Translations under genes and position numbers: made by a program | NCBI GenBank assembly: GCA_902772645.1 | Contig: CACYBM010000033.1 | Coordinates: 1-60,525 of the forward strand | DNA: 60,525 nt | Direction: 5' to 3' | Source: an uncultured Pseudomonadota bacterium | GTDB lineage: Bacteria; Pseudomonadota; Alphaproteobacteria; RUG11792 | Shown here: positions 31,159 through 40,851 of the stretch, piece after piece | Numbering within the stretch: position 1 is the first letter of the stretch | Layout: each line of letters begins with the position of its first letter | Notes under the pieces: generated by a model | The model's database searches: none | Seen by the model: the letters and a program-made list of their open reading frames with translations, nothing else | Told to the model about the DNA's origin: nothing

Positions 31159-32988
31159 TTAATTAGATTTACTCATTTTCTTTCTTAAATTAGAATCTAA
31201 ATACTTTTTCCTTAGTCTTATTGATTTAGGTGTTACTTCAACTTGTTCATCACTTTTTATATAAGCTATAGCTTGCTCTAATGATAGTTCTCTAGGATTA
31301 GGAATTTTGATATTTTCATCCTTACCAGCTGCTCTACAGTTTGATAATTGTTTTTCTTTTGTAGGATTAACTTCTAATTCATTTTCTCTACTATGTTCTC
31401 CTATTATCATACCATTATATACTGGATCTCCTGGATGAACAAAAAGAGTACCTCTATCCTTTAAGAAGAACAGTGCATATGGAATTGCTTTTCCATCAGC
31501 TATTGATATCATTACTCCATGTTCTCTTTCAGCTATTGGGCCTTTATATGTATCATATGAATGGAATGACCTGTTCATAATACCTGATCCTCTTGTGTCA
31601 GTTAAAAATTCACCATAGTATCCTATTAGTCCTCTTGTAGGAATTATGAATTTTATTCTAGTTTTACCAATAGTACCAGATGGTCTCATATCAGTCATTG
31701 TTCCTTTTCTTTGTATTAACTTATCAACTACAACTCCAGTAAATTCATCGTCAACATCTATATACAACTCTTCCATCGGCTCTAAATCATTACCATTATT
31801 ATCCTTTATCATTAGTACCTTTGGACGTCCTATGGATAGCTCAAATCCTTCTCTTCTCATTGTTTCTATTAGTACACCAAGTTGTAGTTCTCCCCTTCCA
31901 GCTACTTCATATGACTCTTCCTGTTGTGATTTTTTTACAGTAATTGATACATTTCCTTCAGCTTCCCTAAATAGTCTATCACCTATGACTCTTGATGTTA
32001 AGCTCTTTCCGTCCTTTCCAGCCAATGGCGAATCATTCACTCCAAACGTTATAGAGATTGTAGGAGGATCGATTGGTAATGCTTTTAATGGTTCAGTTAC
32101 TTCCATTGAACATATAGTATCAGCAACCGTTGCTTTAGTTAAACCAGCAATAGCAACTATATCACCTGCCTGAGCTGTTTCTACTGGTATTCTCTTTAAT
32201 CCTTCAAACGTCAGCAACTTAGTCAATCTTGCTTGTTCTACATTTTTATCTGAGTCTATTCTTAGCGCATGTACTACATCATTTATATTTGCAGTTCCAC
32301 TAAGTATTTTACCAGTCAGTACTCTACCAAGGTATTGATCATACTCTAGCATTGTTACTAGCATTCTAAATGGTCCTTCCTCAGTTTTAGCATCTGGTAC
32401 ATATTCCAATACGGTATCTAATAATGGTGCTAAGTCTTTTCTTTCATCTTGTTCTAGGTTTTTAACAGCCCAACCACTACGACCTGAAGCATATAGTATT
32501 GGGAAATCCAGTTGCTTATCATTTGCTCCTAATGCCAAGAACAAATTAAATACTTCATCTACTACTTCAGATACTCTTGCATCTGACTTATCTATTTTAT
32601 TTATTACTACTATTGGATTTAGGCCAAGTGCTAAAGCTTTAGATAGTACGAACTTTGTTTGAGGCATGGGACCTTCAGCTGCATCGACCAGTACTAGAAC
32701 TCCATCTACCATACTTAGAATTCTTTCTACTTCACCACCGAAATCAGCATGTCCCGGCGTATCAACTATATTTAATTTTGTATTTTTCCATGTGAAACTA
32801 GTACATTTTGCTAGTATAGTTATACCTCTTTCTCTTTCAAGTTCATTTGAATCCATTGCACATGTTTCTAGTTTTTGATTATCTCTAAATAATCCACTTT
32901 GTTTAAACATTGCATCAACTAATGTTGTTTTACCATGATCTACGTGAGCTATTATTGCTAAGTTCTTTATTTTAATATTACTGTTCAT
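31159..32988 (-). CDS. typA: Translational GTPase TypA/BipA
   Basis: 609 aa. G1 AHVDHGKTT, G3 DTPGHADF, G4 NKID, plus a BipA-type C-terminal domain. Confidence 0.95.
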   Translation of the reverse strand: MNSNIKIKNLAIIAHVDHGKTTLVDAMFKQSGLFRDNQKLETCAMDSNELERERGITILAKCTSFTWKNTKLNIVDTPGHADFGGEVERILSMVDGVLVLVDAAEGPMPQTKFVLSKALALGLNPIVVINKIDKSDARVSEVVDEVFNLFLALGANDKQLDFPILYASGRSGWAVKNLEQDERKDLAPLLDTVLEYVPDAKTEEGPFRMLVTMLEYDQYLGRVLTGKILSGTANINDVVHALRIDSDKNVEQARLTKLLTFEGLKRIPVETAQAGDIVAIAGLTKATVADTICSMEVTEPLKALPIDPPTISITFGVNDSPLAGKDGKSLTSRVIGDRLFREAEGNVSITVKKSQQEESYEVAGRGELQLGVLIETMRREGFELSIGRPKVLMIKDNNGNDLEPMEELYIDVDDEFTGVVVDKLIQRKGTMTDMRPSGTIGKTRIKFIIPTRGLIGYYGEFLTDTRGSGIMNRSFHSYDTYKGPIAEREHGVMISIADGKAIPYALFFLKDRGTLFVHPGDPVYNGMIIGEHSRENELEVNPTKEKQLSNCRAAGKDENIKIPNPRELSLEQAIAYIKSDEQVEVTPKSIRLRKKYLDSNLRKKMSKSN

Positions 32989-33324
32989 TTATTGTTCCTA
33001 TTAATATAGATTATATAAATAACTATTTAAACTGTTATATATTATATAATAACATTATAGTAACTTATAGTAAAGTTCAATGATATGAAGTGACATAGAA
33101 AATATCGTTTGTGTTGCATAATGTTCATTAATTAAATAAATGTCAATTAATAACAACAAATATTATTTATTGCTTGTTAATACTATGTAGTTCTGAATTA
33201 ACAGACTTTTATACAATAAAAACATAATAATGAGAACATCCCACAAAAACATAGAATATTCTCTTAAAATATTAATTATATTATTGGTTCTATTTGACCG
33301 TCATACATATCATCATTTATATTA

Positions 33325-34590
33325 TCAGTCATTGTTTTTATTATCTGAAGTTTTAGTATCCATTTTATCTTTATCTACTGGGAATTTTTTGTACTCTTCG
33401 CCTTTAAATGCTGGTTTATCATCAAGTAATGGAATTGTATTATTACCAAGTGATAATTTATTATTAGTATCGTCGAAATTGGATTTTGTTTTTACAGTAT
33501 CAGTTACTAATGGCTTATCATTATAACTATCAGTATTAGTTACACAATTATTGTTAGATAATACATTATTTTCTAATATATCGTTTTTATTATTATTTCC
33601 TTTTTTAATATCATTAATAGGTGAAAAGTTCGTATTATCAATCTTGGATTTGTTAGTTATTTTTTTGTTTTCATCGTCTTTGTCGTAATTATCAAGTTTA
33701 GTATTATCTTTGTCATATTCACCAATTTGATTAATATTCGTATATTTACTATCTAAATTATTTAATATTGAATTAGATGTGCTTATTTCTGTTTTATCAT
33801 TTTTGCAATTCTTTCCTATACAATCTTTACCCAAATATTTATCTTTTTTATCAATATATTCATTGCCATAGCATTTTTCATTAAAACATTTGCCATTAAC
33901 ACAATCCTCATCGTAACATTTTTTCTTACGCCAATTCTTCCCAATACATTCCCTGTCGATGTGTTCATTGTTTAATGTTTTCAAAGATTTTTTATTATGT
34001 TTTCTATTATTATAACAATCAGTACATTGATTATTTTTGTTAAAATTGTAATTATTTTTTATTAACTCATTTATTTCATTATTTATTTTATCTACACTAT
34101 CTTTATAGTTAGTGAATGTTTGTATATTATCTAAATTATATTTCTCGTGATAATCACTTATTTTATTGCCATCTTTCCAGTGTTCATCATCGATTATGCC
34201 ACCTTTCTCTCTATGATAATTGCGTTTCGTATGGGCCTTTTGATTATGGTCATTTTGTTTAATTGATGCATCCTTATCTGTATTAGAAGATATTAATCCA
34301 CCATTTTCATCAAATTGCGATTGATTACTAAAATTAGAAGATGTCTTAAAAGTTTTCCCATTAATATTGGAATACGACGAAAATGAAGAAGAAATAAATG
34401 ACGATGTTATGCCAATTTTATCATTATTATTTTGCTTTTCTTGAGGTTTGGTAGTTTCCGTTTCGGATGAATAATCAGTATCTAAATCTGCCATATCAGT
34501 TGATGCGTAAATATTATTGTGAATAGCAAACAGCATAGCAATGCTGCTTAATATTAATAAATTCTTTACTTTTAATAATTTAAAGTTCAT
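33325..34590 (-). CDS. Hypothetical secreted N/K/D-rich protein with a periodic-cysteine module
   Basis: The ATG at 34590 gives signal peptide MNFKLLKVKNLLILSSIAMLFAIHNNIYAS. The track start at 34653 is TTG. Ten Cys lie within about 85 aa (CTDC, ECIGKNW, CYDEDCVNGKCFNEKC, DCIGKNC). Confidence 0.55.
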   Translation of the reverse strand: MNFKLLKVKNLLILSSIAMLFAIHNNIYASTDMADLDTDYSSETETTKPQEKQNNNDKIGITSSFISSSFSSYSNINGKTFKTSSNFSNQSQFDENGGLISSNTDKDASIKQNDHNQKAHTKRNYHREKGGIIDDEHWKDGNKISDYHEKYNLDNIQTFTNYKDSVDKINNEINELIKNNYNFNKNNQCTDCYNNRKHNKKSLKTLNNEHIDRECIGKNWRKKKCYDEDCVNGKCFNEKCYGNEYIDKKDKYLGKDCIGKNCKNDKTEISTSNSILNNLDSKYTNINQIGEYDKDNTKLDNYDKDDENKKITNKSKIDNTNFSPINDIKKGNNNKNDILENNVLSNNNCVTNTDSYNDKPLVTDTVKTKSNFDDTNNKLSLGNNTIPLLDDKPAFKGEEYKKFPVDKDKMDTKTSDNKNND

Positions 34591-34999
34591 AATTATTCGA
34601 AAAATAACATTACCTTTCATCTTTATACTAAATCTATATTTTATTTTGGTCAAGCATCTAATATTATATTTATTGGAATATATATTATTAAATATAAGCT
34701 AATATTTGGTAAATATTATAGTATATAATGATATATTACATAATATATTTAGTAAAAATATAATGTTAATAAAATTCTGACAATTTTTCTATTTGCCCAT
34801 TTAATATAGCTCAAATTAAAAAATATTTAGATTTTTTAATAATGGTTTATTACTTGGAATAGCGCTATAAAAATATTTACACAACATATTAATTTATTTA
34901 ATTTTCAAACAATGTCTTGAGCCAATAAGGAGAACTACAAATAACAAACTCCAAATTAGTAATAGTAAAAACAGAAAGTAAGTAATGCTTATCAACAGC

Positions 35000-35049
35000 A
35001 TAAAATAAAACAGTACAGGACTAGCGCAATAATTATTACTAGCCTGTAC
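35000..35049 (-). terminator. Intrinsic terminator after the 35071-36234 barrel gene
   Basis: Stem gtacagg(a)ctag / ctagcctgtac (35013-35024 pairing with 35039-35049). One bulge and a 14-nt loop. On the reverse strand it is followed by TGTTTTATTTT. Confidence 0.5.
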
Positions 35050-35070
35050 AAGATTATAAGTTTTTATTTA

Positions 35071-36234
35071 TCAAAACATAAACTTATAGGATAATCCTAA
35101 TGTCCAAACATTACTAAATGTAAGATCGCCTAATGATTTTTCCGTACTAGATTTCATCACTTGTCTTGCGGGCCCACCCGAGAATTCCAAGCTTACCATA
35201 TTGCTATCATTAATATTAAATTCTAATCCAAGAATGCCAATAAAGTTCCATTTACCAAATGACTTCTCCTTCTCATACTGACTACTTAATGCTTTACTAG
35301 CTTCATTCCATGCATAAGATAATACCTTATCATTTGTGCTACTACTGAATGGATTTACTAAATTTGTTTTTAGTTTGTATCTACTATATACTGCTCCAAC
35401 TCCAAGCAATATTTTAATTCTCTCAGTAATGTGATAACCACCTAATAGTTTAAATTTTATATCAAACGACTTAGTAAATTCTATATTACTCTCTGCATTA
35501 GTTTTATTATCATTTGTCTGCTGAGTATTACTATCAGTTCCACTACTTTCTAGTTTTATTGTTCTATTAGAAACAGGAATTGAGAAGTCAATTTCCGGTC
35601 TTATAATCCAGTCATATATTTTTATGTTGTAAAATGCGCCCAGATCAATAGCAAATTGACATTTAGACACATCTTTGTATGTGCATAATTCCTTTATATT
35701 ATTATCTACAAAACTGGAATTGTCTATAACATCTGAGACAGCAATATCTTCTTTTGCTTTTGCATCATCTGTCTTTGATCTATCATTATTTACTTCCTCT
35801 GATCTTATATAATAGTCATTACTATCTTTTATGATTAAATAATTTTTACTCCAGTTATCTCCTGAGATTTTTGGACATGTTTTTATTAAATTGTCATCTT
35901 TTTCTAATAATGTTTTGAAAATCGCACATGCATTTTCAGCTTTATGCTCCAAATCACAGTCACTATCACCATCGGCAAAATCAATTTTTGTTACATTTGA
36001 TAGGTTATTATCTGCTAGTTCCTTTTTGACTAATGCTTTTAAAAGTTCATAAACAGATGCTGATATAATCTTTCTATTTATTTTAAATTTAACAGTTGGC
36101 TTAGAGAAGTTTACACCAAGTAATATACCAACTCCATTTCCTGTACATACTTTTGTGTGCGCAGTACTAAATATTGCAAATGACGTAGTTGCTAATAAAC
36201 ACAACGATACTAACTTATATTTTCTATTTATCAT
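35071..36234 (-). CDS. Outer-membrane beta-barrel protein (surface-antigen/porin-like) with an N-terminal soluble region
   Basis: 387 aa. Signal peptide MINRKYKLVSLCLLATTSFAIFSTAHT. Alternating hydrophobic strands in the C-terminal half. Terminal beta-signal LGLSYKFMF. Confidence 0.6.
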   Translation of the reverse strand: MINRKYKLVSLCLLATTSFAIFSTAHTKVCTGNGVGILLGVNFSKPTVKFKINRKIISASVYELLKALVKKELADNNLSNVTKIDFADGDSDCDLEHKAENACAIFKTLLEKDDNLIKTCPKISGDNWSKNYLIIKDSNDYYIRSEEVNNDRSKTDDAKAKEDIAVSDVIDNSSFVDNNIKELCTYKDVSKCQFAIDLGAFYNIKIYDWIIRPEIDFSIPVSNRTIKLESSGTDSNTQQTNDNKTNAESNIEFTKSFDIKFKLLGGYHITERIKILLGVGAVYSRYKLKTNLVNPFSSSTNDKVLSYAWNEASKALSSQYEKEKSFGKWNFIGILGLEFNINDSNMVSLEFSGGPARQVMKSSTEKSLGDLTFSNVWTLGLSYKFMF

Positions 36235-36481
36235 ATTATCATAATCACATAAATAAGTGTTTCTACATTATCATTGTAATGCATAAAATGTAATTTCCAT
36301 AACACTTATTGCGCAAAACTATCATATTAAAATAATTTATATTGTTTTTTGGCACTATAATGGAATAGAATTATATAAGTAACTATGTTAGTGTAGTATT
36401 TATTATTATTAAAGATAGTGATATTATACTCATATTATATTAATAATATTGTTTTTGAATTATTTCTAGAGGATTATAATT

Positions 36482-36898
36482 ATGGTAAGCAAATTTAAAC
36501 ATTATCTTACTGATGAACAATTAGAGTATTTCAGATGTAAATTATTAAACTGGAAAGCAGAACTACTAAAGGAAAGTGAGGATGTGCAGGAACTATTAAA
36601 AGCTCAAAAAATAGAACCGGATATCATAGATTCAGCATGTAGCCTAGCAAATCAAACAATAGAATTAAGAACTAAAGATAGGTCCAGAAAGTTAATACAT
36701 AAAATAGATATGGCATTGGAAAGAATAGATAATGGAACATATGGGTATTGCGAAGAAACCGGAGAACCAATAGGAATCAAGAGGTTAGAAGCAAGACCAA
36801 TAGCCACACTATGTATAGAAGCCCAAGAACAACATGAAAAGAAAGAGAAAGAATTTATAGATGAGGATGATAACATGCCAACACCGGAATCAGAGTAG
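36482..36898 (+). CDS. dksA: RNA polymerase-binding transcription factor DksA (CxxT/CxxA variant)
   Basis: 138 aa with SD AGAGGA. Coiled-coil tip DIIDSA (DxxDxA). C-terminal GYCEETGEPIGIKRLEARPIATLCIEAQ. Confidence 0.88.
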   Translation: MVSKFKHYLTDEQLEYFRCKLLNWKAELLKESEDVQELLKAQKIEPDIIDSACSLANQTIELRTKDRSRKLIHKIDMALERIDNGTYGYCEETGEPIGIKRLEARPIATLCIEAQEQHEKKEKEFIDEDDNMPTPESE

Positions 36899-37242
36899 AT
36901 CTTATCTGTACAAGTAGTGAATAGTCAAAGCATTATGAGTTAAAACAAATAATCAGTACTTGTACATCAAATTTTATTAGATGTGAATTTATAAATCATA
37001 ATATTAATTTATACTACATACTACAGTGTAGTAGTTTTAGATATATTTATTTAATATTATAAATTTCTATAATCATAAACTATAACGTTTATTCTTTTAT
37101 TGATGTGAATGATACACATACTAGTAATATTTTTTACATATTCAATACTAGTATTTATTATTATAAGTAATATTCACTAAAAATTAACTATTATACAGTA
37201 TCCTATAATTGAGAAGTAATTAATTTACAATAAAAAGGGAAA

Positions 37243-38754
37243 ATGAGTAAAGTAATAAATAAAATAATGATATTAACAATATGTTGTAGTAATTTACACG
37301 CAGTTGAATATCGCGAGAAAATTAATAATGCGGATGATATAATTAGATCTGAAAGTATTTGTAATAACACAGGATATTCAATAAATAAAAATACAAGTAT
37401 AGAATATAATACAGAAATTAAAAAAAACAAAACATACAATTATAATAATAAAGTTGTAGAAATGAAAATAGTACAAAAAGAAATAGATACAGAGTTACAA
37501 TCAGATGATGATGATAAAAAGGACATTATACCAAATTTGAAGAATAACACAAATGAAGGATATAAAAAGTTATTTAGTCCCGAATTAATAACAATAAACA
37601 ATAATATAACATTTGATATATACCCAATATATAATAGACCAATACGAATACTGTCATTAGAAGGAGGAGGAACTAAAGGATATATACACCCTGCATTCTT
37701 AAAGATGTTTTGTAGAGATGCAGAAATAACAAATATAGGAGAATATTTTGATTTAATAGCTGGTACTTCAATAGGCGGTCTCAATGCTGCAGCATTTGCT
37801 AGTGGATATACTACAAATTATTGCTGTAATTTCTTTAGAGAAGAAGCTCCATGGATTTTTACAGTTCGTACGGTAAAAGATGTATTAACATTTAGTAACA
37901 ATGCAAGTATTCCGTCACATAAACCAAATAAATTACAAATGTTTGGTATGGGATTATTTTCTAATCCATTTTATAAAGCAACGTCACACACTTCAAATTA
38001 TGGACAGTCCAGATTACGTAATGAATTAACTAATCGTTTTCAAGATAAATTATTAACAGATTTAAACACAAAAGTATTATTAACTGCGCATAATTATTCA
38101 GAATATGCCCCAGTAATATTTACTAATGCTGAACTAGAAAACATGCCTGATACATATAGGCATATAAAAGTAGTAGATGCTCTGATGGCTACAAGTAGTG
38201 CTCCTATTTATTTCGATAATACTAAACTGAAACTATCACGTGATCCAAATGAACCAGCATACAATATAATAGATGGAGGTTTATTTCAAAATAATCCAAG
38301 TTCATTAGCTTATGCTGCAGCACAAATAATTTATCCATCAGCTAATAAATATTGTATATTAAGTGTTGGAACTGGAATGCAGAAAATAGGATTACATGTA
38401 AGTAGTCCAGAAAATGAACCAAGTAATACAGCATTATTAAAATTTACGAATCTTTATGAAATTGCTATGAAAAATTCTGAGATAGATAATGATATTTTAT
38501 TTAAAGCGCTCAATAAAAGTAAAAACTCAAATGTAGCGTACTATAGATTTAATATCCAATTAGATAATAATAGGGACTGCAGTATTGATACATCAACTCC
38601 AGAATTCTTTGATTATTTAGATACGACAGTTGAAGCAAGATATAAAGAAGATTATGAAAATATTAAGCAATTTATGAATAAAATGAATGGTATAGAAAAT
38701 AATGCAAAAATAGAAAATGATGATCTAATACAAATTAATAATATTGATGAATAA
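37243..38754 (+). CDS. Patatin-like phospholipase
   Basis: 503 aa with SD AAGGGA. Oxyanion GGGTKG, nucleophile elbow GTSIGG (GxSxG), catalytic Asp in IIDGGLFQNNP. Hydrophobic N-terminus MSKVINKIMILTICCSNLHA. Confidence 0.85.
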   Translation: MSKVINKIMILTICCSNLHAVEYREKINNADDIIRSESICNNTGYSINKNTSIEYNTEIKKNKTYNYNNKVVEMKIVQKEIDTELQSDDDDKKDIIPNLKNNTNEGYKKLFSPELITINNNITFDIYPIYNRPIRILSLEGGGTKGYIHPAFLKMFCRDAEITNIGEYFDLIAGTSIGGLNAAAFASGYTTNYCCNFFREEAPWIFTVRTVKDVLTFSNNASIPSHKPNKLQMFGMGLFSNPFYKATSHTSNYGQSRLRNELTNRFQDKLLTDLNTKVLLTAHNYSEYAPVIFTNAELENMPDTYRHIKVVDALMATSSAPIYFDNTKLKLSRDPNEPAYNIIDGGLFQNNPSSLAYAAAQIIYPSANKYCILSVGTGMQKIGLHVSSPENEPSNTALLKFTNLYEIAMKNSEIDNDILFKALNKSKNSNVAYYRFNIQLDNNRDCSIDTSTPEFFDYLDTTVEARYKEDYENIKQFMNKMNGIENNAKIENDDLIQINNIDE

Positions 38755-39029
38755 GATGCATAGTATGAATAGTGGACAAATAAACTCAAATAATAATATA
38801 GTACAAATTAATAATATATTGCAATTATGATATATTTCATAAGGGGTATTTGTATTAAGATGTAACTAATAATACTGTAGCAAAACATTTAACTCGTATT
38901 TTTGTTTTATTAGTTACATTAATTTATATTCCAAATATCATATTATTGTATCAATGAATCAAATAGAAAACAATAAAATATGTTATAATCGATTTTTTTG
39001 ACATGTATTAATAATAGTATTTTTGTAGA

Positions 39030-39512
39030 TTATTTTTTTGTATTCTGTATTTTTTTTAAAGATCTTAGATGTATTCCTAAAGAACCACACTCTTGTTTCA
39101 TGTCTTTTAGTTCGAAATATTCACTAACAAATTGACTGTTCTGTTGTATCCATGATATTACTGTATTCTTCATAATACCTTTACCCTTTCCTGTTATTAT
39201 TGTAGCATAATGAAACCCATATAAAATACATTTAGCACAAAATGTTTCTAATATATTGCTTAAATCACCATTAATATAATGTAAATCTATACTTGCTTCA
39301 CTTCTAAAATATTTCTGTATCTTCCTATTAGCAATATGTGTTTGGTATATTTTATTATCCAAATTACTTATTAACAGTTGAGTGTTTACTAATTTGGTAA
39401 CTTCTCTGTTTTTTATAATTCTTGGATTTTCTATTATACGCTCAAATAATTTGTCATGTCTTTTTGGTATTACAGATTTTTTATATTCTTCCCAATCTAT
39501 ATTATCTGACAT
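39030..39512 (-). CDS. Smr-domain protein
   Basis: 160 aa. The C-terminal half has the Smr layout: IDLHY (usual DLHG), then ATIITGKGKG. Confidence 0.6.
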   Translation of the reverse strand: MSDNIDWEEYKKSVIPKRHDKLFERIIENPRIIKNREVTKLVNTQLLISNLDNKIYQTHIANRKIQKYFRSEASIDLHYINGDLSNILETFCAKCILYGFHYATIITGKGKGIMKNTVISWIQQNSQFVSEYFELKDMKQECGSLGIHLRSLKKIQNTKK

Positions 39513-39529
39513 CTTGTATGGTTAGATGT

Positions 39530-39628
39530 AATACAAACAAAACCCAGAATGAGTCGCGTTGGCTGCTACATTTCTATCCTGACCAATTCCACAACACATT
39601 ACTGCCAATGCCATAACACCTAACCGAT
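39530..39628 (-). ncRNA. ffs: Signal recognition particle RNA (small bacterial 4.5S type); ends approximate
   Basis: The reverse strand contains TTGGTCAGGATAGAAATGTAGCAGCCAA. This is the domain IV core GGUCAGG...GNRA tetraloop (GAAA)...AGCAGCC, closed by TTGG/CCAA, as in E. coli GGUCAGGUCCGGAAGGAAGCAGCC. It is one of the few GC-enriched patches outside genes. Confidence 0.7.
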
Positions 39629-40162
39629 TTTATTATAACATAATTTTCGAATGAATAAAATAAACATTTTCTTAAATAAAATCATATGACACACTTATAT
39701 ATTATTACATTTAGAAATGCGTAGACAAAATATATATTAATAATAGATATTAGAGTAATGTAATAATCATAATATAATACAATACAATAACTGAGATGAC
39801 TAATTTAATTGTTTATGAATTTAGTAAGTTTTTTATTTACTTGTAAATTTTCATCTCATACAAAGACCATATTATTTTTACAATGTAAAATTGATCATAA
39901 AAATATATGTAATTTTTTATTATCCTAGTATTTTTTTACAATAATTCAATATTACCTTTATAAAGTTTAAATTAAAATTATATCAAGCGAGTAATATTTA
40001 TATTATAATTTAATACATTAGAACTATGCAGCAATAGAGAAATATATATCTTAAAATTATTATGAAAACTTTAAAAAATATATCATATATTAATGATTAT
40101 TTAACGAATAAACAGTAATATACACTATGTATAGTAATAATTATTTTATTGGAGATCAGTTT

Positions 40163-40816
40163 ATGAATATAAAGAACATAATTGCGACTGTGGCAATTAC
40201 TACAGGACTTGGTTTTATAAATAGTAATTGTTATAGTGCACAAATGCTAAGTGATATGTTAACTTCAACAAAGAATCAAGTTCAAAACATAATTAAAGAT
40301 CCTCAAGCTGCATTTCAAGGGATTAAACAAACTGTTCAACAAAATAAACCATTACACACTTTAAAGGATAAATTGCAATTTGTTGCACAACCTAAAGCAC
40401 CTAATACTATTTCACAAACACAAACTGTTCCACAACCAATTCAAATGAAACAACAACATGTGCAACAACAACCACCGGTAAGTAATAATTTATCAATTGA
40501 AATACAACAATTAAGACAGACAGTAAATAATTTACAGAATAGAGTACAAGTTCTTGAAGGTTATGCTAAACAAATTCGTGAAACACAAATGAATTATACA
40601 CCTCAATATGGATATGGAAACAACAATCAAAGACCTATACAACAACAAGTGCAAACTAATAAATCTCCAGTGTATACAGCAAATACACATAATGCACAAT
40701 ACCACCAACAAAATAATAATCAATATAAAAAAGGATGGAGTAATATTCCTAATCAACAATATGGTGCTCCAAGTAATATTACATACAATCAACAATATGG
40801 ATATGTTTATAGGTAA
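40163..40816 (+). CDS. Hypothetical secreted Q/N-rich protein with a short coiled coil and N-Q-Y-G repeats
   Basis: The ATG at 40163 is preceded by GGAGA and gives signal peptide MNIKNIIATVAITTGLGFINSNCYSA. Coiled-coil segment LSIEIQQLRQTVNNLQNRVQVLEGY. The tail has QYGYGNNNQ, NQQYGAPS and NQQYGYVYR. Confidence 0.5.
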   Translation: MNIKNIIATVAITTGLGFINSNCYSAQMLSDMLTSTKNQVQNIIKDPQAAFQGIKQTVQQNKPLHTLKDKLQFVAQPKAPNTISQTQTVPQPIQMKQQHVQQQPPVSNNLSIEIQQLRQTVNNLQNRVQVLEGYAKQIRETQMNYTPQYGYGNNNQRPIQQQVQTNKSPVYTANTHNAQYHQQNNNQYKKGWSNIPNQQYGAPSNITYNQQYGYVYR

Positions 40817-40826
40817 AGAATATATT

Positions 40827-40851
40827 AGGACTGATACCAGTCCTAGCTTTT
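40827..40851 (+). terminator. Intrinsic terminator after 40163-40816
   Basis: Perfect 7-bp stem aggactg/cagtcct with loop atac, followed by agcTTTT. Confidence 0.5.

Noticed and set aside
39422-39616. 64-aa ORF on the + strand
   Set aside because: It overlaps the Smr start and the conserved SRP RNA core on the opposite strand. The RNA explanation accounts for the local GC enrichment.
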